DNA of 64,000 nucleotides, taken from the NCBI GenBank assembly GCA_963662745.2, contig CAXXUI010000002.1:1176024-1240023 (forward strand). The letters are read 5' to 3'. The DNA is from Bryobacterales bacterium (GTDB lineage Bacteria; Acidobacteriota; Terriglobia; Bryobacterales; UBA6623). The translations under genes were made by a program, and so were the position numbers. This document shows positions 18,869 to 27,396 of the stretch, one piece after another. The notes beneath the pieces were generated by a model. The model made no database searches, was not told where the DNA came from, and saw nothing but the letters and a program-made list of their open reading frames with translations. Numbering within the stretch: position 1 is the stretch's first letter; each line of letters starts with the position of its first letter.

Positions 18869-20082
18869 GCTGCGCGTCTCCGCCGGCGGGCCCTTCTGGA
18901 TCGAATCGCGGCTCTGCGCTTCGTTCGAGACATCACCATTGGTGCCTTAGTGGTGGCGGCCGCATAGGAGAAGCCGTCAAGACGCACTCTTGGAATCTTG
19001 GATCCGACAGCGCGCTCGATCTGGCCAACCTTGGATTCCTCCTCCGGGGCCACGAGCGTGATGGCGTCTCCGGTCGACTCGGCGCGGCCGGTGCGCCCCA
19101 CCCGGTGGATGTAGTCCTCCGGTACGGCGGGGACGTCGAAGTTGACGACATGACCAAGGGCGTCGACGTCGATCCCCCGCGCGGCGATGTCCGTTGCCAC
19201 CAGCACCCGATACTTGCCTACCTTGAATCCAGCGAGAGCCTTGGTGCGCTGCGACTGTGACCGGTTTCCATGGATGCGCTCGGCGGCGATACCGTTTCGG
19301 ACCAGCAGCTTGCACAGCCGGTTCGCCCGGTGCTTGGTCCGGGTGAAGACCAGCGCGTCGTCGATGCGGCCGTCCTTCAGGCATTCCACCAAGAGCGCCC
19401 CTTTGCGGTTGCTGGGGACCGGATAGAGTGCCTGAGATACGCCTGCGGCCGGAGCAGCTCGGCGCTGAAGCGCGATTCTCACCGGATTCCGGAGGATCTC
19501 GCGGGTGAGCACCTCGATCGGCCGCGGCATGGTGGCACTGAAGAAGAATGTCTGCTTAGGTTTGGGCACGTGCCGGAGCACGCGCCGGATGTCAGGCAGG
19601 AAACCCATGTCCAGCATGCGATCCGCCTCGTCTAGAACGAGGAATTCCAGCCCCGACAGGGGCGAGTGCCCTCGCTGGAAGTGATCGAGCAGGCGCCCCG
19701 GCGTGGCTATGATTACGTCGACGCCTCGCCGAAACGCCGTTACCTGCGGACCCATTCCCACGCCGCCGTAGACGGCCGCGCCCTTGATTCCTGTATAGCG
19801 CGCCAACGCCCGCAGATCCTCTAGGAGTTGCAGGGCCAACTCTCGGGTGGGTGCCAGGACCAGGGCCCGTGTGGTGCCCCGGGGCAGATCCACGAGCCGG
19901 TGCAAGATGGGGAGCAGGAAAGCGGCGGTCTTGCCGCTTCCCGTGGCGGCGCTGGCGAGAAGATCCCGCCCTTCGAGAGCCGGAGGGATCGCGTGCAATT
20001 GAATGGGCGTCGGGGTGGTGAACCCCAGCTCGTTGACGCCCTTCAAGAGAGTCGGATGCAATTCGATGGCAGAGAAAGACAC
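18865..20082 (-). CDS. rhlE: DEAD-box ATP-dependent RNA helicase RhlE
   Basis: Q motif GFTTPTPIQ, Walker A ATGSGKTAAF, DEAD in VLDEADRM, SAT and HRVGRTGRA. Basic Arg-rich C-terminal tail. Confidence 0.92.
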   Translation of the reverse strand: MSFSAIELHPTLLKGVNELGFTTPTPIQLHAIPPALEGRDLLASAATGSGKTAAFLLPILHRLVDLPRGTTRALVLAPTRELALQLLEDLRALARYTGIKGAAVYGGVGMGPQVTAFRRGVDVIIATPGRLLDHFQRGHSPLSGLEFLVLDEADRMLDMGFLPDIRRVLRHVPKPKQTFFFSATMPRPIEVLTREILRNPVRIALQRRAAPAAGVSQALYPVPSNRKGALLVECLKDGRIDDALVFTRTKHRANRLCKLLVRNGIAAERIHGNRSQSQRTKALAGFKVGKYRVLVATDIAARGIDVDALGHVVNFDVPAVPEDYIHRVGRTGRAESTGDAITLVAPEEESKVGQIERAVGSKIPRVRLDGFSYAAATTKAPMVMSRTKRRAAIRSRRARRRRRAA

Positions 20083-20804
20083 AGGTGTTCCTATTGTTGC
20101 GGGGGTGCTCAGCAGGCCGTCTGGAAAGGCCGGCCCGAGAGGTCAAAGCAGAGTCTTGGAGCCAGTGTTGCCCCCAACCCGAGGGGGCTAGGTCGGCTCC
20201 CGGTGGGCGAAGTGTGGCGGGAGCGAGCTTCAAGTGTGAGGACAGGGGTGGCCATTGGTCAATTACGTGGCGGGCACGCTCCCCCGACCCCCATTAGCTT
20301 TCCTCCACGGTGGAGGAACTGCCGGAAGGCTGCTCAGGTCACCCTGACGGTGGGGACAGTGATGAGACGGGCCGCTTCCTTCGTTAGCTTGGCGACCATG
20401 CGGGTCGCCGGTTTCCAGATGCATGGCGACGCAAAGCGGAAGCGCCTACCTGTTATTGTCGCATACATTCTCCGGGAGCGGCTGGCTGCCAGCGTAGTTG
20501 CGAAATAAACCCCAGATTCACCGACCCGTGGTCTAAACACATCGGACCACCTCACCCTTCACGGTGTCAACTTCACGGTGCCGAATGCGCCGTCGAGCTC
20601 GTAGCACCGGGCGCCTTGATCGTTGCCCGTCGCTTGGATGTGGAAGGTGCCCATGACGCCGCCGGGAGCGTTGGTCCCGTCAGGGCCGTAGGGAAAAGGG
20701 GCTTAGTGCGTGTTGGGCTGCGGATGCTGAGGCCGTCCACTGTCAGGTGGTTGCGCTCGGCACTTTCTGAGGGCAGTGACTCGCGTGCCGGGCTGCCGGC
20801 TGGT

Positions 20805-21485
20805 CTACGGGGTGCTCGCGCCCGGCGTGGTGTGATCGGCTTCGTGGCCACCCGGCTGCGCCTGCCGCCTAGCGACGAGCACCTGGGCTGGGACGAGCGC
20901 ACGAAGCGGCGCAACATCGCCGGGTTGGTGCCCCAGGATCGTTGTCCCCGCGCGTCCTGGAGTGCGCGTGCCGAACTTGGTGAGCCATGTCTTCGAACTG
21001 GCCCCGCGGCGCTTGCCCGACGACTGGCAGCGCCGCTACCAGTGTGTGGCGAAGGTGTCCGCCAGCAAAACTGCATGCCCATGCTCGCGCTGCATATCCC
21101 CGGACAGCCGCCGCAGGCTCTGCCCCAGCACCCGCGAGGCTAGGTTGGGCACCCCTTGGTAGGCCGGCAGGATCACGAAGCGCGCGTTCTGCACCACCAG
21201 ATGCAAGCGCCGCAACTGCTGCTCCAGCGTCCAGCCGATCCACTCGTCGCGCGCCGTCAGCTTGAGCGCCGCCGCATGCCCGCCGACCAGCGCCACCCAG
21301 GCCGGGCCCAGCGTGGCCACCTGCCGCAAGCTCTTGCCGAACAGGCCCCTGAACCCCAAGTAGTGGTGGGCCCCGACCAGCCGGTCCCAGAGCCGGTGCT
21401 CCTGGGCACCGCAGGTCGGACGCACCCTGATCGAGCGCAGCTGCTGGGCGCCACGTGGCGGCGACATGCTCTCCACAGGACCCAC
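20805..21485 (-). pseudogene. DUF4338-domain protein with an in-frame TAG (21036-21038)
   Basis: HHYLGFRGLFGKSLRQVA...LTARDEWIGWTLEQQLRRLHLVVQNARFVILP...VPNLASRVLG matches the DUF4338 pattern as I recall it. High GC3 and the same frame continue past the TAG (..KTWLTKFGTRTPGRAG..) to TAG 20805-20807. Confidence 0.6.
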
Positions 21486-21557
21486 CCTGACAGATCGAGA
21501 AGGAAATGTTCAGCCCTTGCGGCAAGAAATTACCGGCACCGACGAGCGTAGTGTCTA

Positions 21558-21745
21558 GTGGATCCGGTGCAGTGGATCCCGTTCGCACAGACTCTTGTTG
21601 CCACTGCCCTTCCGAATCCGAGAAAGAAAAGCCCTGGGCGCAAGCGCCGCGCGGCGGGGCGCAAGACCGTGATGGTGTACAAGTGGAGTCGCCGCTGGCG
21701 GACGCAGCTGGGTGTGGAGTGGGTGGACCCGGCACCGCGGCTGGA
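21558..21745 (+). mobile_element. IS5-family (DUF4096-type OrfA) transposase remnant, truncated at the duplication boundary
   Basis: The translation ..VQWIPFAQTLV..LPNPRKKSPGRKRR..KTVMVYKWSRRWRTQLGVEW resembles the sD.eW..i.PLLP...GRpr and w.TVy.rF.rW...GvW motifs, with an internal deletion. Confidence 0.35.
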
Positions 21746-21915
21746 GGGAGCTGGAAGATCTCGGTCCCGAACGGCCTCGCGCCGTGGCCCACGATGAGCA
21801 CGCCGCGACGGTGCAGGAAGTAGCCCACCAAGCAGGTGAACATCGAGAAGCCGACCAAAGCGGCGACGCTCTCGTAGAGCTTGGCTCTGCCGCGCAGCAG
21901 CAGCCTCTTCCTCAA
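21746..21915 (-). pseudogene. Remnant of the membrane-protein gene (copy B): a 136-codon internal in-frame deletion and loss of the native C-terminus
   Basis: MRKRLL|LRGRAKLYESVAALVGFSMFTCLVGYFLHRRGVLIVGHGARPFGTEIFQLP corresponds to copy A residues 1-6 fused to the C-terminal region. ORF 20869..21915 then reads through into unrelated antisense sequence. Confidence 0.8.
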
Positions 21916-21982
21916 CTGATGAAGCGGATACCTCTATTGGAGCACTTGGCAGCCGCCACGGTCGTTCCGCCTCGCCGGGCGC

Positions 21983-22507
21983 TCACTGACCGAGGTCGTG
22001 GCAGAGGTGGCAGTCGATCGACGCGCCACGCTCGACATGGCAGTTCATGCAGGCCTCCATGCTCGTGGACAACTCTTGCTGCAGCTCGTGTCTCGCCGCG
22101 ACCGGCCCGTGGCAGGCGGGGCAGTCCACCTCGGCGGCGGCGTGCTCCTGGTGGCTGAAGAAGACGAAGTCGGGCACGCGGTAGACCCGCACCCAAGCGA
22201 TCCGCGATCCGGGCGGGAGTGCGGCGAGGCTCCGCACCCCTGGCCGGTCAGCGGCCAAGACCTGATGGCAGACCATGCAAGCGTCCCGGTCGGGCAAACC
22301 CGCCCGTTCGGACCTGCTCGAGCCCGGGTGGCAGTCGCTGCAGTCCACACCGCGGTCAGCGTGCAGGCGGTGGCTGAAGGGCACGGGCTGGGGGGCCACG
22401 GCCCGCGGCAGATCTTCCTCCGGCCCCGTGTAGGGAGCGTTCTGGGCTCCCAAGCCCGCGGCGAGTGCCACAGCTGCCACGGCTGCGGCCGGCGGCTTGC
22501 TTGGCAC
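21983..22507 (-). CDS. Pentaheme c-type cytochrome (cytochrome c3/ActA-like), copy B
   Basis: Five CxxCH motifs. About 16 substitutions over 174 aa versus copy A by my count. The GTG start lies 7 nt after the TPP-enzyme stop. Confidence 0.85.
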   Translation of the reverse strand: MPSKPPAAAVAAVALAAGLGAQNAPYTGPEEDLPRAVAPQPVPFSHRLHADRGVDCSDCHPGSSRSERAGLPDRDACMVCHQVLAADRPGVRSLAALPPGSRIAWVRVYRVPDFVFFSHQEHAAAEVDCPACHGPVAARHELQQELSTSMEACMNCHVERGASIDCHLCHDLGQ

Positions 22508-22514
22508 GGCGGCC

Positions 22515-24185
22515 CTAAGCCTTGCGTCTAGCGACTTGGTAGCGCGTGAAGGGCGAACCGACGCCGGCGATCTCGATGTTGACTAGGAAGGGCTTGTCGC
22601 TGCGGAAGGCCCTCTCGAGCGCGTCCGGGAGCTGGTCGCGCGAGGTGACGTGCGCGCCGTCCCCGCCGAAACCCTTCATCACGAGGTCGTAGCGCGTCCG
22701 CCGCAATTCGCAGGCGACGGTGTCCGCATCGGGGTAGAACCCTCGTTGCAGCTCGCGCTCGACTCCCCAGCCGCCGTCATTGCCGACGATGATCACGACC
22801 GGCAGGCCGAACCGGACGGCGGTGTCGAGCTCGCCGATGTAGAAGCCCAGCGAGCCGTCGCCGGTGATGACGACCGCCGGCGAGTCCGGCCGGCAGATCT
22901 GCGCGCTCAGCCCGACCGGCAGGCCGACCCCGAGTCCGGCCAGCCATCCCAGGCGCATCCAGCGCCCGGGGTACTTGGCTTGGAGCATGTAGCGGCCCCA
23001 ATGGACGAAGTCCCCGCCGTCCCAGCAGATCGTGGCGTCCTCGGGAATCCTCTCGCGGAGGATCTGGTAGGCATGCAAGGGGTGCATGGGGCTGCTCGAC
23101 CGGGCGGCTTCGGCCTCGACTCTGGCCCGGTAGGCGTCGCAACCGCGCCCCACCTCGGCCAGCCAGTGCGCATGGTCGGGAATCCGCCTTCCGGACAGCG
23201 CTGCGGTGAGCGTCGCCAGCGCCGTCTTGGCATCCGCCTGCAATCCCACCTCTAGCGCCCGGTTGAGACCGAGCTCGGTTCCGGAGATGTCGATCTGGAC
23301 GATGCGGGCGCGCGGGTCGAAGACCAGCGGTCCGCCCATCCGCATCGAGTAATCCAGCCGCTTGCCGACCACGACCACCAAGTCCGCCTGCAGCAGGGCG
23401 CTCTCGGCGCCCGGGTTGATCGTCGCGTCGGCGTACCCGAAGCACAGCTCGTGCTCGTCGGACACCATCCCGCGTGCCAGCGTCGTCGTGAACAGCGGCA
23501 GCCGGGCGGTCTCGACGAACTCCCGCAGTTCGCGTTCGGCTCCCGACCAGTAGGCGCCGGAGCCCGCGATCACCGCCGGGCGCTCGGCGCTCCCCAGCAG
23601 GTCCACCACGCGGTCCACAGCCCCACTCTCCGGGGCGCTGCGCAGCAAACCGACCTTCCCCGAGGGAATCGGAGCATGCTGGGCGTTGCGTTCGGTGAAC
23701 AGGTCGACCGGCACGCTCAGGTGGGCCGCCCCAGGCCGCCCCCGCAACATGGACAGGAAGGCTCGCTTCACGTGGAACGGCAGTTGGGACGACCTCGGCG
23801 GCACGGCCGCGTACTTCGTGATCCCCTGCACCAGCTTGAGCTGATCCATGTCCTGGAAGGCCTCGCGGTCCCGCGCCCGGGAGTCGCTCATTCCGCTGAC
23901 GGAGAGCATGGGGACGCCGGTGGCATGCGCCGTGGCGATGCCGGTGATCGAATTGGTGTGGCCCGGGGCGCCGGTGACCATGGAGACGCCCGGTGTTCGC
24001 GTCAGGCGGCTCCAGCCGTCCGCCATATGCACGGCCGCCGACTCGTGGCGCGTGTCGTAGACCCGCATGTCGTGCCGGACCGCCGCCTGCAAGACATCGT
24101 TGAGGTGGTCGCCAACCAGCGTGAACAGGCGGTCGACGCCCTGGCTGCGGAGGCTGCGCACGAAGAGCTCCGATCCGCTCAGCAT
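22515..24185 (-). CDS. Thiamine pyrophosphate-binding enzyme (acetolactate synthase large-subunit-like / decarboxylase family), copy B, intact
   Basis: 556 aa. N-terminal Pyr domain (GVDRLFTLVGDH, HESAAVHMADGW). TPP motif ITGDGSLGFYIGELDTAVRFGLPVVIIVGNDGGWG. Confidence 0.88.
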   Translation of the reverse strand: MLSGSELFVRSLRSQGVDRLFTLVGDHLNDVLQAAVRHDMRVYDTRHESAAVHMADGWSRLTRTPGVSMVTGAPGHTNSITGIATAHATGVPMLSVSGMSDSRARDREAFQDMDQLKLVQGITKYAAVPPRSSQLPFHVKRAFLSMLRGRPGAAHLSVPVDLFTERNAQHAPIPSGKVGLLRSAPESGAVDRVVDLLGSAERPAVIAGSGAYWSGAERELREFVETARLPLFTTTLARGMVSDEHELCFGYADATINPGAESALLQADLVVVVGKRLDYSMRMGGPLVFDPRARIVQIDISGTELGLNRALEVGLQADAKTALATLTAALSGRRIPDHAHWLAEVGRGCDAYRARVEAEAARSSSPMHPLHAYQILRERIPEDATICWDGGDFVHWGRYMLQAKYPGRWMRLGWLAGLGVGLPVGLSAQICRPDSPAVVITGDGSLGFYIGELDTAVRFGLPVVIIVGNDGGWGVERELQRGFYPDADTVACELRRTRYDLVMKGFGGDGAHVTSRDQLPDALERAFRSDKPFLVNIEIAGVGSPFTRYQVARRKA

Positions 24186-24348
24186 GATCTTGCAGCATAC
24201 TACCCGCCCCGGCGTCGCGCGCCGATTCCGGCGCCGCTCCGACTCGTGATGGGCCGCACCGCCGATTGATTGGGAGGCGCGGCAGGTTTACGATGGTAGG
24301 GAGGCGGGCCGCGCATTAGGCATGGTCCCGGCCGGGGAGGCCAATGAC

Positions 24349-25233
24349 ATGTTCCTGAACGAGGAGTTCCGGCTGAAGATCGGGCTGGCTGAGCAGCTCA
24401 AGGGCGGCGTGATCATGGATGTCACCGACGCCGGTCAGGCGCGGATCGCCCAAGAGGCGGGGGCTGTGGCGGTCATGGCGCTGGAGCGGGTCCCGTCCGA
24501 CATCCGCAAGGACGGCGGCGTGGCCCGCATGGCCAACATCAAGAAAATGCGGGAGATCATGGATTTGGTCTCGATCCCAGTCATGGCCAAGGCCCGGATC
24601 GGACACTTCGCCGAAGCCATGGTCCTGCAGGCACTCAAGGCGGATTACATCGACGAGAGCGAGGTCCTCACGCCGGCCGACGAGGAGCACCACATCGACA
24701 AGCACCTCTTCAAGGCCCCCTTCGTCTGCGGCGCGCGGAACTTGGGCGAGGCGCTCCGACGCATCGCCGAAGGCGCGGCGATGATCCGGACCAAGGGCGA
24801 GGCCGGCTCCGGGGATGTGGTGGAGGCCGTGCGGCACATGCGCGCCATCCGCCGTGAGATCAAGCAGCTCACCGTCCTGGACCGAGACGAGCTGTCCCGG
24901 CGGGCCAAGGAGCTGCAGGCTCCCTTCGAGCTCGTGCAGTGGGTGGCAGCCGAGGGCCGGCTGCCCGTGCCGAACTTCTCCGCGGGTGGGATTGCCACCC
25001 CGGCCGACGCCGCCCTGGTGATGAGCCTCGGGGCCGAGGCGGTGTTTGTGGGCTCGGGCATCTTCAAGTCCGCCGATCCGCCGACGCGGGCGAGGGCCAT
25101 CGTCAAGGCCACGACCTTCTTCAGCGATCCGGAGAAGCTGCTGGAAGCCTGCGAGGACCTCGGCGAGCCTATGTCGGGCGTCAGCGTCGCCAGCCTCGCG
25201 GAGGGCGAGCTGATGCAGACCCGGGGCTGGTAG
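24349..25233 (+). CDS. pdxS: Pyridoxal 5'-phosphate synthase lyase subunit PdxS
   Basis: Motifs [33 protein letters not shown] and GEAGTG-like [17 protein letters not shown] 24349 lies within ORF 24322... Confidence 0.93.
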   Translation: MFLNEEFRLKIGLAEQLKGGVIMDVTDAGQARIAQEAGAVAVMALERVPSDIRKDGGVARMANIKKMREIMDLVSIPVMAKARIGHFAEAMVLQALKADYIDESEVLTPADEEHHIDKHLFKAPFVCGARNLGEALRRIAEGAAMIRTKGEAGSGDVVEAVRHMRAIRREIKQLTVLDRDELSRRAKELQAPFELVQWVAAEGRLPVPNFSAGGIATPADAALVMSLGAEAVFVGSGIFKSADPPTRARAIVKATTFFSDPEKLLEACEDLGEPMSGVSVASLAEGELMQTRGW

Positions 25234-25279
25234 CGGGCGGTCCCCCGGTTCGGCTGGGGTGTCGCGTTCGGAGACGGCC

Positions 25280-25891
25280 ATGAGGATCGGAGTGCTGGCC
25301 CTGCAGGGCGACTTCGCGGCCCACGCCCGCCGGCTGCGGGAGCTCGGGGCCGAGGCGGTGGAGGTGCGTTACGCCCGCCAGCTGGAGCGCGTCGCGGGGC
25401 TGGTGCTGCCCGGCGGCGAGAGCACCACCAACTTGATCCTGCTGGAGGAGGACGGGCTGTGGGGCGGCCTGCGAGCGTTTGCCCGCACGCGGCCGGTGCT
25501 GGGCACTTGCGCGGGCGCGATCCTGCTCGCCCGCGAGGTCACCAATCCGGCCCAGCCGTCGCTTGCCGCCGTCGACATCCTCGTCGAGCGCAACGCCTAC
25601 GGCCGACAGGCCGACAGCTCCATCCGCTGGGTGGACCCAGGGCTTGAGTTCGCGCGCCGCACGGCTCCGGGCTCGGTGGAGGCGGTGTTCATTCGGGCGC
25701 CCATCATCCGCGACGTCGGAGACGGCTGCGACGTCCTGCTCCGAGACGGGTCCGACCCAGTGCTGGTCGAGTCCGGGCCGCATCTGGTCGCGACGTTCCA
25801 TCCGGAGCTGACGGCGGACACCCGGCTGCACGAGCTGTTCCTCGCCAAGGTCCGCGCGTGGGCGAGCGCCCCCCGGGAAGCACAGGGATAG
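25280..25891 (+). CDS. pdxT: Pyridoxal 5'-phosphate synthase glutaminase subunit PdxT
   Basis: Motifs MRIGVLALQGDF, LVLPGGESTT, GTCAGAILLA (catalytic Cys) and TFHPELT. Immediately downstream of pdxS. Confidence 0.92.
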   Translation: MRIGVLALQGDFAAHARRLRELGAEAVEVRYARQLERVAGLVLPGGESTTNLILLEEDGLWGGLRAFARTRPVLGTCAGAILLAREVTNPAQPSLAAVDILVERNAYGRQADSSIRWVDPGLEFARRTAPGSVEAVFIRAPIIRDVGDGCDVLLRDGSDPVLVESGPHLVATFHPELTADTRLHELFLAKVRAWASAPREAQG

Positions 25892-25908
25892 GGACGGGAG
25901 GTCCGCGA

Positions 25909-26217
25909 ATGCCTTTTCTGAAGAGCTTGGTGGCGCAGATCGCGCGCAAGGCGGCCCAAGACCCGCGCCTGCGCGAGAAGGCCAAGCAGGTCTTCGAGGA
26001 GGAGATCAAGCCCCGGGCCGAATCGGCTTGGCAGAGCGCCAAGCCGGAGGTGGAGGCGGCTTGGGAGAAGGCCAAGCCCGAAGTCGAGGAGGCTAAGCGC
26101 AAGGCCTTGGAGAAGGCTGGCGATTTGGCCGGCCGCGTCAAGCGCGGCATCGAGGCGCGAACAGCCCAACGGGCGGCCTCCCGGAGCGGTGGCCGTGATC
26201 CCCGTGATCCGGAGTAG
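25909..26217 (+). CDS. Small charged hypothetical protein with repeated AKPEVE-type helical motif
   Basis: ATG 25909. Product is MPFLKSLVAQIARKAAQDPRLREKAKQ...SAKPEVEAAWEKAKPEVEEAKRKA... No family recognised. Confidence 0.45.
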   Translation: MPFLKSLVAQIARKAAQDPRLREKAKQVFEEEIKPRAESAWQSAKPEVEAAWEKAKPEVEEAKRKALEKAGDLAGRVKRGIEARTAQRAASRSGGRDPRDPE

Positions 26218-26259
26218 CCGCGCCCCGCTCCGGCAGGCGTCTACGCGAGAGGGGCTGCG

Positions 26260-27396
26260 GTGACGCCGGGCGGCGTCTACGTCTCGATCCCGTTCTGTGC
26301 GCAGAAATGCACCTACTGCCACTTCCGCTCGGACGTTTTCTCCGCCGGTCTGCGGGCCGCCTATGTCCGGCACTTGGCCGCGGAGCTGCGCGAAGGACCT
26401 ACCGCGGCCTGCGACACGCTCTATTTCGGCGGGGGCAGCCCCAGCTTGCTCGATCCCGCTGAGTTCGGGCACTTGGCGGCCAGCTTGCCCCGAACGCGGT
26501 GGAGGGAGGCCACCATCGAGGTGGCGCCGGGTGAGGCTCGGCCGGACCGCGTCGCATCCTGGACTGCCGCCGGAGTTAACCGCGTGAGCTTGGGAGTGCA
26601 GTCGTTCTCGGCGGAGGTGGCCCGGACCGCCGGACGCCGGCACGACGCCGCGATGGTGCAGTCCGATGTCGCCCGGCTTGCCGGTGCCGGGATCCGCAAC
26701 GTCTCGGTCGATCTGCTGGCGGGGCTGGCCCGCCAGTCGGCGGCCACTTGGTCCGAGTCTCTGGACTGGGTCGAGCGGTTGGGCGTGAACCATGTTTCCG
26801 TGTACATGCTGGAGTCCGACGACGACAGCCGCCTCGGTCGGGAGCTGCGGGCGGGAGGCGCCCGCTACGGCGCCGGGACCGTGCCGTCCGAGGACGAGAT
26901 TCTGGATCTCTACCTGCAGGCGGTCGAGAGGCTGGAGCGGGCGGGGTACCAGCGGTACGAGATCTCGAACTTCGCCCGGCCCGGTGGGCGGAGCCTCCAC
27001 AACCTCAAGTACTGGACCATGCGACCCTACTTCGGCTTCGGCAGCGACGCGCACTCCTTTGACGGGCGCCGGCGCTGGTCGAATGTCGCTGACGCCCCCG
27101 CGTACGTGCGGCTGATGGCCGCCGGGCGGTCCCCGCGGGTGACTGCGGAGCGCATCGGGTCGCGGCGCGCCTTGGAGGACCGCGTTCTCACGGGGATTCG
27201 CACCAGCGACGGCGTGCGGTTAGAGCCGAGCGAGGTGGCGGCGCTGGAGGCGTCCATCGAGGAGCTGGCCGCCCGCGGCTGGCTGGAGGCCGCCGTGCCG
27301 CCCTTGCGGCTCACCAGTTCCGGGCTGCTCTTCGCCGACGAGGCCGTCGCTGTGCTGCTGGCCGGGTCCGGCTCGTCCCCCTGCGCCGGCGGCTGA
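26260..27396 (+). CDS. hemW: Radical SAM heme chaperone HemW / oxygen-independent coproporphyrinogen-III-oxidase-like
   Basis: CAQKCTYCHF (CxxxCxxC) cluster, GGGSPS, NRVSLGVQSF, and a HemN_C-like tail. Confidence 0.85.
   Translation: MTPGGVYVSIPFCAQKCTYCHFRSDVFSAGLRAAYVRHLAAELREGPTAACDTLYFGGGSPSLLDPAEFGHLAASLPRTRWREATIEVAPGEARPDRVASWTAAGVNRVSLGVQSFSAEVARTAGRRHDAAMVQSDVARLAGAGIRNVSVDLLAGLARQSAATWSESLDWVERLGVNHVSVYMLESDDDSRLGRELRAGGARYGAGTVPSEDEILDLYLQAVERLERAGYQRYEISNFARPGGRSLHNLKYWTMRPYFGFGSDAHSFDGRRRWSNVADAPAYVRLMAAGRSPRVTAERIGSRRALEDRVLTGIRTSDGVRLEPSEVAALEASIEELAARGWLEAAVPPLRLTSSGLLFADEAVAVLLAGSGSSPCAGG

Larger units (their letters stand above)
21746..24231. repeat. Segmental duplication, copy B (direct repeat of 15174..18047)
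   Basis: See copy A. Relative to A, copy B lacks about 408 bp and retains 21 bp that are deleted in A. Confidence 0.9.

Noticed and set aside
20805-21485. DUF4338 (the DruA domain) as a sign of a Druantia defence system, with rhlE as the helicase component.
   Set aside because: No DruB-D genes and no DruE-type (DUF1998) helicase are nearby. rhlE is a canonical DEAD-box RNA helicase. The DUF4338 gene carries an in-frame stop and sits among IS debris. Lone DUF4338 genes are common in such contexts.
20869-21915. 348-aa ORF spanning the repeat-B boundary, considered as a novel fusion protein.
   Set aside because: Only its first ~57 residues match the membrane protein. The remainder is an antisense or out-of-frame read-through of the IS5-like and DUF4338 regions, giving an Ala/Gly/Pro/Arg-rich product.
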